Positions 39,419 to 47,958 of a stretch of DNA of 64,000 nt are shown here, in pieces. The notes under the pieces were generated by a model. That model did not search any database. It was not told where the DNA came from and saw nothing but the letters and a program-made list of their open reading frames with translations. Position 1 is the stretch's first letter, and each line of letters opens with the position of its first letter. A program made the position numbers and the translations under genes. Source of the DNA: Burkholderiales bacterium (lineage in GTDB: Bacteria; Pseudomonadota; Gammaproteobacteria; Burkholderiales; SG8-41); the NCBI GenBank assembly GCA_043743335.1, contig JAYTWR010000074.1, positions 3,413-67,412 of the forward strand, given 5' to 3'.

Positions 39419-39454
39419 CGTCCGTGACAAAGACAACAAAACGGCGGGACAGCG

Positions 39455-39595
39455 CTACTTGAGGAAAATCACCGCCGGGAATGTGGCCACGGCCAGCACC
39501 AGCACGATCCACTCCAGATTATTGCGCTTTAACCAACCGGTGAAATGGAGTATCAGGATAATGATCGCAACCGCATAAAATATGTAGAAGCCCAT
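39455..39595 (-). CDS. Small (46 aa) two-TM membrane protein, absent from the ORF track
   Basis: MGFYIFYAVAIIILILHFTGWLKRNNLEWIVLVLAVATFPAVIFLK*; strong AGAGGAG RBS upstream; TATGAT further upstream. Confidence 0.75.
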   Translation of the reverse strand: MGFYIFYAVAIIILILHFTGWLKRNNLEWIVLVLAVATFPAVIFLK

Positions 39596-39668
39596 GACTT
39601 ACTCCTCTTGTTATAGTGTTCGTATCATACCGCAGCATTCGTGGCATTGTGAACGCCTAACTGCAAAA

Positions 39669-40300
39669 ATGTTCATCAGGTTCGCTATCGTGGCCATGGG
39701 GCTGACTGCGTCGTGCGCCCTTGCGCAACAAGGCTATCCGTCGAAGCCCATTCGCATCATCGTCGGTTCCACGCCAGGCGGTGGGCCGGACATCATGGCG
39801 CGCGCCATCGGCCAGAAGTTGACCGAGGCGTTGGGCCAACCGGTGATTGTCGACAACCGGCCCGGCGCCAACGGCATCATCGGCGCTGAAATCGCCGCAA
39901 AGTCGCCGCCAGACGGCTATACGTTGACCATGGCGAATGCGGGCTCGCACGCCGTCAATGTCAGTCTGTAAAAAGCAAGGCTCGCGCCTTGGGTGTGACC
40001 ACCGTCGTGCGTTCGGCGGCAGCGCCGGATGTGCCGACAATAGCCGAATCAGGGTTGCCGGGTTACGAGGCTACAGCCTGGTACGGCATGCTCGCGCCTG
40101 CGGGCACGTCACGCGACATTGTGATGCGCCTCAATGCCGAAATGGTTAAAAGCCTGCGCAGCGACGAGCTAAAGCAACGTATTTTGCTCGATGGCGGGGA
40201 TGCTGTCGGCGGCACGCCCGAGGCCTTTGCTGCGGTGATGCGTAACGACATCGCGAAATGGGCGAAGGTGGTCAAACTGTCTGGTGCGAAAGTTGACTGA
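39669..40300 (+). pseudogene. Bug/TctC gene with large internal deletion and frameshift
   Basis: N-part (YPSKPIRIIV..PGGGPD..DGYTL..AVNVSL) joined at ~39970 to the C-part (KARALGV..DVPTIAE..KWAKVVK); about 110 codons missing relative to intact paralogues. Confidence 0.85.
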
Positions 40301-40320
40301 CTCTATCGATGCAGCGCCGA

Positions 40321-41058
40321 TCATTCGCGCCAGATGAACGCCGCCATGCGTCCGGTGATTTTGTCACGGCGGTAGGAAAAAAACCGCTGCGGGTTAGCGT
40401 AAGTACACATCCCGCCGCCGTAGACCTGCGTCACACCCACGCGCGTGAGTGCGCGCCGCGCCAAGGCGACGAGGTCCGCTAGCCATTTGCCCGGTGCGTG
40501 CGGGGTGAATGCCGATTGTGCAGCGGCATCCTGACTGACAAACGCCGCGTAGACATCCGCACCCACCTCAAAATGCGCCGGGCCGATGCCGGGGCCGATG
40601 TAAGCGATCAAATCCGCTGGTGTGTCGCCAGCCTCGCACAGGGCTTTTACCGTGTTTGCCAGCACGCCACCGGACAGCCCGCGCCAACCGGCATGCGCGG
40701 CGGCCACGCGCGTGCCCGCTCGATTGGAAAACAGCACCGGTAGGCAATCCGCAATCATGATGGCGCACACCGTACTTTTGGCGTGCGCTACGCTGGCATC
40801 CGCTGCGGGAACGTCAGTGATTTCATCGGCGTTCACCACGCGTGTGCCGTGCATTTGCGCCAGCCACTTCGGCGGTTGCGGCATTGCGGCTTCGACGATG
40901 GCGCGGTTTTGCGCAACCGCTTGCGGATCGTCGCCGGCTTTGTAGCCCAAATTCAGTGAGTCGCGCGGCGCGACACTGACACCGCCGCTGCGGGTGGTGA
41001 TGAAGGCTTTGACGTTGGCCGGGGCGGGCCATGCAGGGATGATCCAGTCGTGCTTCAT
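40321..41058 (-). CDS. pgeF: Peptidoglycan editing factor PgeF (YfiH)
   Basis: TTRSGG, Q.HG, ADCLPV, HAGWRG and FFSYRR motifs; downstream of rluD. Confidence 0.95.
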   Translation of the reverse strand: MKHDWIIPAWPAPANVKAFITTRSGGVSVAPRDSLNLGYKAGDDPQAVAQNRAIVEAAMPQPPKWLAQMHGTRVVNADEITDVPAADASVAHAKSTVCAIMIADCLPVLFSNRAGTRVAAAHAGWRGLSGGVLANTVKALCEAGDTPADLIAYIGPGIGPAHFEVGADVYAAFVSQDAAAQSAFTPHAPGKWLADLVALARRALTRVGVTQVYGGGMCTYANPQRFFSYRRDKITGRMAAFIWRE

Positions 41059-42035
41059 GCGGCGTTCTCCAGCGCGGCAATGAGGTGCTTCATATCGGCG
41101 GGTAGCGGCGCATTCCAACTGCGGCGGCGGCCCGTCGAGGGATGCGTGAGCGCAAGTTTCTGTGCGTGCAAAGCTTGGCGGCCAAACGCCGGGGTTTTGC
41201 GATGCGCGCCATACACCGAGTCGCCCACCAGCGGATGGCCGATAGACATGAGATGCACGCGTATTTGATGGGTGCGTCCGGTCTCAAGCTGGCAGCGCAC
41301 CAGCGTGGCTTGTGGATAATGTTCGAGCGGTTCGTAATGCGTGATGGCTGGCTTACCGTTGGGTGCCACCGCCATGCGCGTGCGCTGGGTTTTGTGACGG
41401 CCTATGGGCGCATCGACCATGCCGCCCATGGGCAAAAAGCCATGCACTACGGCGACGTACTCGCGGGTGACGCTGTGATCCTGCAACTGGCGCACCAGCG
41501 CCGTTTGCGCAATCAGGGTTTTGGCGACGACCAACAGGCCGCTGGTGTCTTTATCCAAGCGGTGCACAATGCCGGCGCGCGGTATCTGTGCCAGCGCAGG
41601 CGCATGCTGCAGCAGCGCGTTGAGCAGGGTGCCGTCCCAGTTGCCGCTGCCAGGATGTACCACCAGCCCGGCAGGCTTATTGATGACGATAATATGCCCG
41701 TCTTCAAACACCACGTTAATGGGAATATTTTCGGCGCGATACGCCGTGGTTTGCGGATCAGCCTCGGCGTGAAGCACGACCTTTTCGCCGCCCCATACCT
41801 TGTCTTTGGGGGCGGGGGAAGTGCCGTCCAGCGTAATGCGCCCGGCCTTGAGCCAAGCCGACAAGCGGCTGCGCGAATGCTCGGGAAACATTTGCGCCAG
41901 TGCGTAGTCAGAACGTTGACCGGCACAGTCGGGCGGCACCGTGGCCGAGACGGGTACGGGCAGAGGGGGCGTACCTGCGTCTATTGCGACCGCGTTTACG
42001 TTATAATTTTCGACGACTTTTTTGGCGGTGGCCAT
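41055..42035 (-). CDS. rluD: 23S rRNA pseudouridine synthase RluD
   Basis: NKPAGLVVHP, HRLDKDTSG and ETGRTHQIRVH motifs; divergent from bamD. Confidence 0.95.
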   Translation of the reverse strand: MATAKKVVENYNVNAVAIDAGTPPLPVPVSATVPPDCAGQRSDYALAQMFPEHSRSRLSAWLKAGRITLDGTSPAPKDKVWGGEKVVLHAEADPQTTAYRAENIPINVVFEDGHIIVINKPAGLVVHPGSGNWDGTLLNALLQHAPALAQIPRAGIVHRLDKDTSGLLVVAKTLIAQTALVRQLQDHSVTREYVAVVHGFLPMGGMVDAPIGRHKTQRTRMAVAPNGKPAITHYEPLEHYPQATLVRCQLETGRTHQIRVHLMSIGHPLVGDSVYGAHRKTPAFGRQALHAQKLALTHPSTGRRRSWNAPLPADMKHLIAALENAA

Positions 42036-42044
42036 GGGATTCCG

Positions 42045-42941
42045 ATGACACAAACAATGCAAACAATGCAAATGACGCAGACAGCACAGACAGCACAGAC
42101 AGCACAGACGGGACAAATTGCACAAATAGCCGCAAGCCCGCTGCGGCGTATTTTAACGGTATTCGCCCTGCTCTCCGCGGGCTGGTTGCTCGCTGCCTGT
42201 GGTGCGTTTGGCGATAAAACCGACGAAACCAAGGGCTGGAGCGCGCAAAAGCTCTACGCCGAGGCGCGCGCAGCGCTGGATTCCCGCTCGTATGAAAAGG
42301 CCGTGGGTTATTACCAAAAGCTCGAAGGCCGTTATCCCTATGGCCGTTTTGCGCAACAGGCGCAACTGGAAATGGCCTACGCCTACTACAAAGACAAAGA
42401 TCCCGCTGGCGCGATTACCGCCGCCGAACGCTTTATCAAGAATTACCCGAATCATCCGAATGTCGATTATCTGTACTACCTCAAGGGCGTGGCGAATTTC
42501 AACGACGACTTGGGCATCGTGGGATTCGTCAGCGGGCAAGACATGAGCGAGCGCGATTCCAAGGCCTCACGCGATGCCTTTGATGCGTTCAAGGAGTTGG
42601 CCGCCAAGTTTCCCGACAGCAAATACCGGCCCGACGCCATTGAGCGCATGAACTATCTGGTGAATACACTGGCCGCCAACGAGGTGCATGTCGCGCGCTA
42701 CTATATGGCACGTGGCGCTTATGTGGCCGCTGCCAACCGCGCGCAATTTGCGCTGAAAACCTATCCGCAGGCACCGGCCAACGAAGAAGGGCTGCTGTTG
42801 CTGGTCAAGGCGTATGACGCCCTGGGCATGAAAGACTTGCGCGCCGACGCCGAGCGCGTGATGCAAAAAAACTTCCCCGACAGCAAATACCTGCGCGGCG
42901 ACGGGCGCAAGAGCGGCTCGTGGTGGCAAATCTGGAATTAA
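42045..42941 (+). CDS. bamD: Outer-membrane protein assembly factor BamD
   Basis: Lipobox LAAC; TPR helices, YPYG, HPNVDY and AAANRA motifs; rluD-divergent synteny; exact start uncertain within the repeat. Confidence 0.93.
   Translation: MTQTMQTMQMTQTAQTAQTAQTGQIAQIAASPLRRILTVFALLSAGWLLAACGAFGDKTDETKGWSAQKLYAEARAALDSRSYEKAVGYYQKLEGRYPYGRFAQQAQLEMAYAYYKDKDPAGAITAAERFIKNYPNHPNVDYLYYLKGVANFNDDLGIVGFVSGQDMSERDSKASRDAFDAFKELAAKFPDSKYRPDAIERMNYLVNTLAANEVHVARYYMARGAYVAAANRAQFALKTYPQAPANEEGLLLLVKAYDALGMKDLRADAERVMQKNFPDSKYLRGDGRKSGSWWQIWN
42051..42131 (+). repeat. Degenerate 9-bp tandem array (9 units) at the 5' end of bamD
   Basis: CAAACAATG x2, CAAATGACG, CAGACAGCA x3, CAGACGGGA, CAAATTGCA, CAAATAGCC. 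Confidence 0.85.
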
Positions 42942-42949
42942 TAAAAACT

Positions 42950-42970
42950 CAATAAAATCAATTAGTTACG
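42950..42970 (+). repeat. Representative copy of a dispersed ~20-bp IHF-consensus-containing motif
   Basis: CAATAAAATCAATTAGTTACG; close copies at 36362, 47606, 49836, 54657 (+) and 4185, 23466, 30683, 51657, 61027 (-). Confidence 0.8.
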
Positions 42971-43172
42971 TCACATCGTAACCGGCATCTTCCACGGCTG
43001 TTGTGAGTTGCGCCACATCGGTCACCGCCGCGTCGTATTGCACGTGGGCCTGCCCCGGCGTTAACGTCACTTGTGCCTCGGCTACGCCCGGCGTCGCCTT
43101 TAACACTCGGGTGACGCTGCCGACGCAGCCCATGCAGGTCATGCCGCTGATGTTCATTAATACGGTTTCCAT
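42966..43172 (-). CDS. copZ: Copper chaperone (HMA domain)
   Basis: GMTCMGC; terminal AGY; downstream of the P1B ATPase. Confidence 0.88.
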   Translation of the reverse strand: METVLMNISGMTCMGCVGSVTRVLKATPGVAEAQVTLTPGQAHVQYDAAVTDVAQLTTAVEDAGYDVT

Positions 43173-43186
43173 GCTGATGCTCCTTG

Positions 43187-45376
43187 TTAAGTTGAGGGCA
43201 ATGGCCGCCAGCGCCGCAGCAACAGCGCGTTGCTGACCACCGACACCGACGACAGCGCCATGGCAGCACCGGCAATCACCGGGTTGAGCAGCCCAAAAGC
43301 GGCCAGCGGTATTCCCAGTGCGTTATAGAAAAACGCAAAAAAGAGATTCTGCCGGATTTTAGTGAGCGTGGCGCGTGACAGGCGTATGGCGTCGGCCACA
43401 CGCATCAGGTCGTTGTGCATCAGCGTGATGTCAGCGGCCTGAATGGCCACATCGGCGCCAGCGCCAATGGCAAAACTCACATCCGCAGCGGCCAAGGCGG
43501 GCGCATCATTGACGCCATCCCCGACCATGCCGACGGTCTGCCCGCTGGTCTGCAATGCCTGCACCTGCGCGGCCTTGTCTTGCGGCAACAAATTAGCCTG
43601 CCACTGCGCAATGCCAGCGTCGCGCGCGATGGCGGCAGCCGTAAGCGCGTTGTCGCCGGTTAGCATTATGGGCGTGACTTTCAGCGTCAGCAGCTCACTT
43701 AGGGCGCGCGCCGTGGTGGGGCGCAGCTTGTCGGCAATGGCGATAACGCCAAGCACACGCCCCGCCAGTGCCACGAAAATCACCGTTTTGCCGGATTGCT
43801 GCAGTGGCGCGATGCTTTGTTCTCGCAGCGCCAAGCCCAGTTCGGCGGCGTAGGCAGGCGAACCGAGAACGGCGGGCACGCCATCGAGCATGCCGTGCAA
43901 GCCTTTGCCAGAAATGGAGCGAAATTCAAATATCTCTTTAAAATCAACTAGTTGTGACTTGGCATGCACGATGACCGCCTGCGCCAGCGGATGTTTCGAG
44001 CCATGCGCCAGCGCGGCGGCGATAGCGAGCAGTGCGCTAGCCGTGGTGCCTGCGGCGGGCACAACATCGGTCACTACCGGCTTGCCTTCGGTGAGCGTGC
44101 CGGTTTTATCGACCACCAGCGTGGTGAGCTTACCGGCGGTTTCCAGCGCCGCTGCGTTGCGGATCAAAATGCCGGAGCGCGCACCGATGCCGCTGCCCAC
44201 CATGATGGCCGTGGGCGTAGCCAAGCCCAACGCGCACGGGCACGCGATCACCAACACCGCCACCGCGTTAATCAGGCCGGCCGTGTAGTCGCCGCCGATC
44301 AAGCCCCAGCCCAGCAACGTCGCCACCGCGATCACCATAACGATCGGGACGAATACGCCGGCGATGACATCTGCCAAGCGCTGTATGGGTGCTTTGGAGC
44401 CTTGCGCGTCTTCAACCAGCCGCACGATGGCGGCCAGCGCCGTTTGCTCGCCGACACCGGTAGCGTGACAGCGCAACAGGCCTTGCTGATTTATCGTGCC
44501 GGCGTACACGCGTGCGCCAGCGCGCTTAGCCGAGGGCAGACTTTCGCCGGTAAGCAGCGCTTCATCCACGCTGGATTCGCCGTCGAGCACATCACCATCG
44601 ACAGGAACGCTGTCGCCGGGCCGCACCACAAAAATATCGCCTGCACGCAGCGCCGCCAGCGCAATCTCCACGCGCTGCCCGTCGCGTTCCACCGTTGCGG
44701 TTTTGGGTTGCAGTTGCAGCAGCGACTCAATCGCCGACGAGGCCTTGGCGCGCGCGCGCATTTCCAGCAGCTTGCCCAGCAGCACCAAAGTGATGACCGT
44801 GGCGCTGGCCTCAAAATACCCGTGCAGCGGCAGACCCAGCGCCATTACAGCCACGCTGTAGCCATAGGCCATAGACGTGCCCAACGCCACCAGCACATCC
44901 ATATTCGCCGCACCGCCGCGCAATGCGTGCCAGGCGCTCACATAAAACCGCCCGCCGATCCAAAACTGCACCGGTGTCGCCAACGCAAACTGCAGCCACA
45001 GCGGCAGCCAGTCGTGCTTGCCAGCGAGCATCGCCGGCATTTGCAGTAGAAACGGCAGCGTGAGCATCGCGGCCATCACAAAGCGGCGAAATTCGGCCTG
45101 ATACGCCTCGGCATGCAGGCGCTTTTCATCGTCACGCGACTGCGCGGTTTTTACCTGCGCGCCGTAACCGGCTTTTTCGACGGCCTTGATCAGCGCATCG
45201 GGCGGGGTGGCGGGCGAGTAGGCCACGCGCGCGGTTTCGCTGGCGAAATTTACCGTCGCGGTAACCCCCGGCAAGCGGTTCAATACCTTTTCAATGCGCG
45301 CGGCGCAGGCGGCGCAGGTCATGCCGGTGACGGCAAGGTCTACGCGGGGCAGGGTGGCGGTGGGGCCGGTTTGCAT
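43187..45376 (-). CDS. copA: Cu(I)-translocating P1B-type ATPase
   Basis: GMTCAAC, TGES, CPC, DKTGT, HP, GDGVND, YN and MALSS motifs. Confidence 0.93.
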   Translation of the reverse strand: MQTGPTATLPRVDLAVTGMTCAACAARIEKVLNRLPGVTATVNFASETARVAYSPATPPDALIKAVEKAGYGAQVKTAQSRDDEKRLHAEAYQAEFRRFVMAAMLTLPFLLQMPAMLAGKHDWLPLWLQFALATPVQFWIGGRFYVSAWHALRGGAANMDVLVALGTSMAYGYSVAVMALGLPLHGYFEASATVITLVLLGKLLEMRARAKASSAIESLLQLQPKTATVERDGQRVEIALAALRAGDIFVVRPGDSVPVDGDVLDGESSVDEALLTGESLPSAKRAGARVYAGTINQQGLLRCHATGVGEQTALAAIVRLVEDAQGSKAPIQRLADVIAGVFVPIVMVIAVATLLGWGLIGGDYTAGLINAVAVLVIACPCALGLATPTAIMVGSGIGARSGILIRNAAALETAGKLTTLVVDKTGTLTEGKPVVTDVVPAAGTTASALLAIAAALAHGSKHPLAQAVIVHAKSQLVDFKEIFEFRSISGKGLHGMLDGVPAVLGSPAYAAELGLALREQSIAPLQQSGKTVIFVALAGRVLGVIAIADKLRPTTARALSELLTLKVTPIMLTGDNALTAAAIARDAGIAQWQANLLPQDKAAQVQALQTSGQTVGMVGDGVNDAPALAAADVSFAIGAGADVAIQAADITLMHNDLMRVADAIRLSRATLTKIRQNLFFAFFYNALGIPLAAFGLLNPVIAGAAMALSSVSVVSNALLLRRWRPLPST

Positions 45377-45523
45377 GGTTGCATTCTCGGCTTATAGGTG
45401 GGGACTGAAATAGGGAAGTAAAGGGTGCGCTTGGTGTGCTTTGCTGCCAGTAGGTCAAAAACATCAATAGAATCAGATGCTAACGTTATTTGATACGCGA
45501 TGGTAACGATTCATCAGCGTCCC

Positions 45524-45566
45524 CGTAGCATGCCGGTGAGCGTAGCGAACCGCATCGTTCGCGTGA
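45524..45566 (+). repeat. GTAG-type REP-like element
   Basis: CGTAGCATGCCGGTGAGCGTAGCGAACCGCATCGTTCGCGTGA; near-identical inverted copy at 62987-63029. Confidence 0.7.
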
Positions 45567-45651
45567 TAGGCGCACGCAAGGCAATTTCACGCTGTCAGCA
45601 CAGTTACTCGCGATGATTGATTCGCATCAAAACATATCCGCGCTGTAGCGG

Positions 45652-46833
45652 CTACTTCTTCTCTTCCTTGCCTTCCTCAGCTTTGGCCGGCTCGTCTTGC
45701 TGCATGCTCAATCCCATGGTGTTCGTGGACAGCGGCTCACCACGTTTGCTCTTGAGTTTGATGTTCAACCGCAGCTCGTTGGCAGAATCAGAATTGCGGA
45801 TCGCTTCTTCGTAAGCGATAAAATTTTCGTCGTACAAATCAAACAAAGCCGAGTCAAAGGTGCGCATGCCCAGCTCACGCGATTTGGCCATAATGCCTTT
45901 GATGTCGCCGAATTCGCCTTTGAAAATCTTCTCAGCGATGGTGGGCGTGTTGAGCATGATTTCAATCGCGGCTTTGCGGCCTTTGCCATCCTCCGTGCGC
46001 ACCAGGCGCTGCGCGACGATGGAGCGCAGGTTGGCTGACAAATCCATGAGCAACTGATTGCGTCGCTCTTCGGGAAAAAAATTAATCACCCGCTCAATGG
46101 TTTGATTGGCGCTGTTGGCGTGTAGCGTGCCGAGGCACAAGTGCCCGGTTTCGGCGAAGGCGATGGCGTGCTCCATGGTCTCTGCGTCGCGGATTTCACC
46201 AATGAGAATCACGTCCGGCGCTTGGCGTAGCGTGTTTTTCAGCGCGTGATGCCAGGTGTGCGTGTCGATGCCCACCTCGCGGTGTGTGATTAACGACATT
46301 TTTGAGGTATGCACAAATTCCACCGGGTCTTCTACGGTAATAATGTGGCCAGCCGAGGTGCTATTGCGATGATCGATCATCGCCGCCAGCGACGTCGATT
46401 TGCCCGAGCCCGTGCCGCCCACCACCAGCACCAGTCCGCGCTTGTTCATGATGACTTCTTTGAGCACCGGTGGCAGACCCATTTTTTCAAAATTGGGAAT
46501 CTCGGCCGGAATCGTGCGGATCACCATGCCCACAAAGCGCTGCTGCACGAACACGTTTACGCGAAAGCGTGCGAGACCGGGAATGGACATCGCGAAGTTG
46601 CATTCCATTTCCTTGGCGAACTCTGCCCGCTGCAAATCATTCATCAGCGAATGCGCCAGCGTTCGAGTGATTTCACCGGTAAGCTTCTGGCTCGCCATTG
46701 GCGTCATCGAGCCGTGCGCCTTCATGCTCGGCGGAAAATCCGCCGAAATAAACAAATCCGACCCTTTTTGCTGAACCATCGAGCCCAGCAGCTTGTGCAT
46801 ATAGGCGCGCGCTTGTTCTTCGTTTAGTGCCAT
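45652..46833 (-). CDS. pilU: Type IV pilus retraction ATPase PilU
   Basis: GGTGSGKS; LRQAPDVILIGEIRD; AETGH; FFPEERR..LLMDLS (PilU-specific); ADSANELRL-like C-terminus. Confidence 0.9.
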   Translation of the reverse strand: MALNEEQARAYMHKLLGSMVQQKGSDLFISADFPPSMKAHGSMTPMASQKLTGEITRTLAHSLMNDLQRAEFAKEMECNFAMSIPGLARFRVNVFVQQRFVGMVIRTIPAEIPNFEKMGLPPVLKEVIMNKRGLVLVVGGTGSGKSTSLAAMIDHRNSTSAGHIITVEDPVEFVHTSKMSLITHREVGIDTHTWHHALKNTLRQAPDVILIGEIRDAETMEHAIAFAETGHLCLGTLHANSANQTIERVINFFPEERRNQLLMDLSANLRSIVAQRLVRTEDGKGRKAAIEIMLNTPTIAEKIFKGEFGDIKGIMAKSRELGMRTFDSALFDLYDENFIAYEEAIRNSDSANELRLNIKLKSKRGEPLSTNTMGLSMQQDEPAKAEEGKEEKK

Positions 46834-47049
46834 GAGGCGGTCCTTGTTTGCTTGCAGTGAATTCCCGCGCTGGTCGCATGCCACGCGTGGTGCAGCGGCA
46901 GTTGAGTGGGCGAGACTTGATGAGCGGAATTATCGCTCAAAAGTTATGCAGACGCTTTGCAGGGCAGCGAGGCTATCTTGGCTGTGCCCACGCGGGCGAG
47001 GTGATGTGTGGCGTATTTTTGTGCCTGTCACAGCAACGGTTCTCGCACG

Positions 47050-47505
47050 CTATTTCTCATCCAGCCCGCCCCCAAACCGGATGGAAACATCAATCTCATA
47101 GCCGTCTGGGTCACTCAGGTAAATGGAGCTGGATTTAGCGTAATGGATGAGATACGGCTTGCCGTGTTTGTCGGTGCGGGTTTTGATGCCGGCTTGCATG
47201 ACGCGCGCGAGCACGTCGTCGATTTGCTGTCCGGGTTGCAGGGCAAAACCGAAGTGGATGATGCGCATGTCGCGTGTGGTTTTCGCCTTCGACGTTTCAT
47301 ACAGCACGAGGTAGGCCACGTGGGGCAAGCCCAGCGTGACCCACGGAAATTCTTCGAGGTCGCGGTGGTCTTCCTTGATCGCAAAGCCGAATACGTCACG
47401 GTAAAACGTGATGGACTGTTCGAGGTTGGTGACACACATATTGATGTGGTCGATGCCGGATATGGGCAGGAGGGGCACGATAGGCACGATAGGCACGATA
47501 GGCAT
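47050..47505 (-). CDS. VOC (glyoxalase/bleomycin resistance) family protein
   Basis: IDHINM..SITFY..FG; HFGF; DPDGYEI. Confidence 0.88.
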   Translation of the reverse strand: MPIVPIVPIVPLLPISGIDHINMCVTNLEQSITFYRDVFGFAIKEDHRDLEEFPWVTLGLPHVAYLVLYETSKAKTTRDMRIIHFGFALQPGQQIDDVLARVMQAGIKTRTDKHGKPYLIHYAKSSSIYLSDPDGYEIDVSIRFGGGLDEK

Positions 47506-47768
47506 GGCGTTGCGGTGGCTTGCGGGCAGCCTAGGCGGTGATGGCGGGCGAGCCTCACGCACGGCCCGGGACTCGCCGGTTTAGGCGGTAATTTAAAAAA
47601 TCTTTTAAAATCAATTAGTTACAAAATTTTGCTGGGCAGCGGCATGCCATGGGTTTCCTTCAACATCATTCGGACGCGGCCATCAACAATACACGACTTC
47701 GCGCTAGAATCCCTCGTCTATCCCGATGTTCATTTGGTCTCTATTCAGCCTCTATGAAAAATCAAAAG

Positions 47769-47872
47769 CTTCCCTCATCCCAACCCTTCTGCTGCGCTTC
47801 AAGTGTGCCCTTGTCCCGGGGGGAGAAGGGCTTTGAACCCTCTCCCTCCGGGAGAGGGCAGGGTGAGGGAAG
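47769..47872. repeat. BoxC-like composite palindromic intergenic repeat
   Basis: CTTCCCTCA..TGAGGGAAG outer inverted repeat enclosing CCCTTCT..GGGAGAAGGG and CCCTCTCCC-TCC-GGGAGAGGG hairpins. Confidence 0.65.
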
Positions 47873-47958
47873 GGGTTGTTATTTCACAGAGGCTGAATAG
47901 AGACTTTATTTGTTTATTAGTTCATACCCACGTTAACTTGAGATCACTGGAGGCTTGC

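Noticed and set aside
41142-42044. 599-aa ORF suggesting a large N-terminal fusion to BamD
   Set aside because: The first 300 codons are the antisense shadow of rluD
42036-42125. Cys/His-rich metallothionein-like N-terminus on RluD (LCCLCCLCC..HCLHC)
   Set aside because: It is the reverse-strand reading of the 9-bp repeat; no RBS and no supporting evidence, despite nearby copper genes
43964-45049. Long antisense ORFs (also 2984-3931, 50471-51496, 56377-57435)
   Set aside because: Shadow frames of well-supported GC-rich genes with no recognisable motifs
45385-45425. CueR/MerR operator upstream of copA
   Set aside because: A long-spaced -35/-10 pair is conceivable, but no dyad symmetry resembling ACCTTCC-N7-GGAAGGT is present
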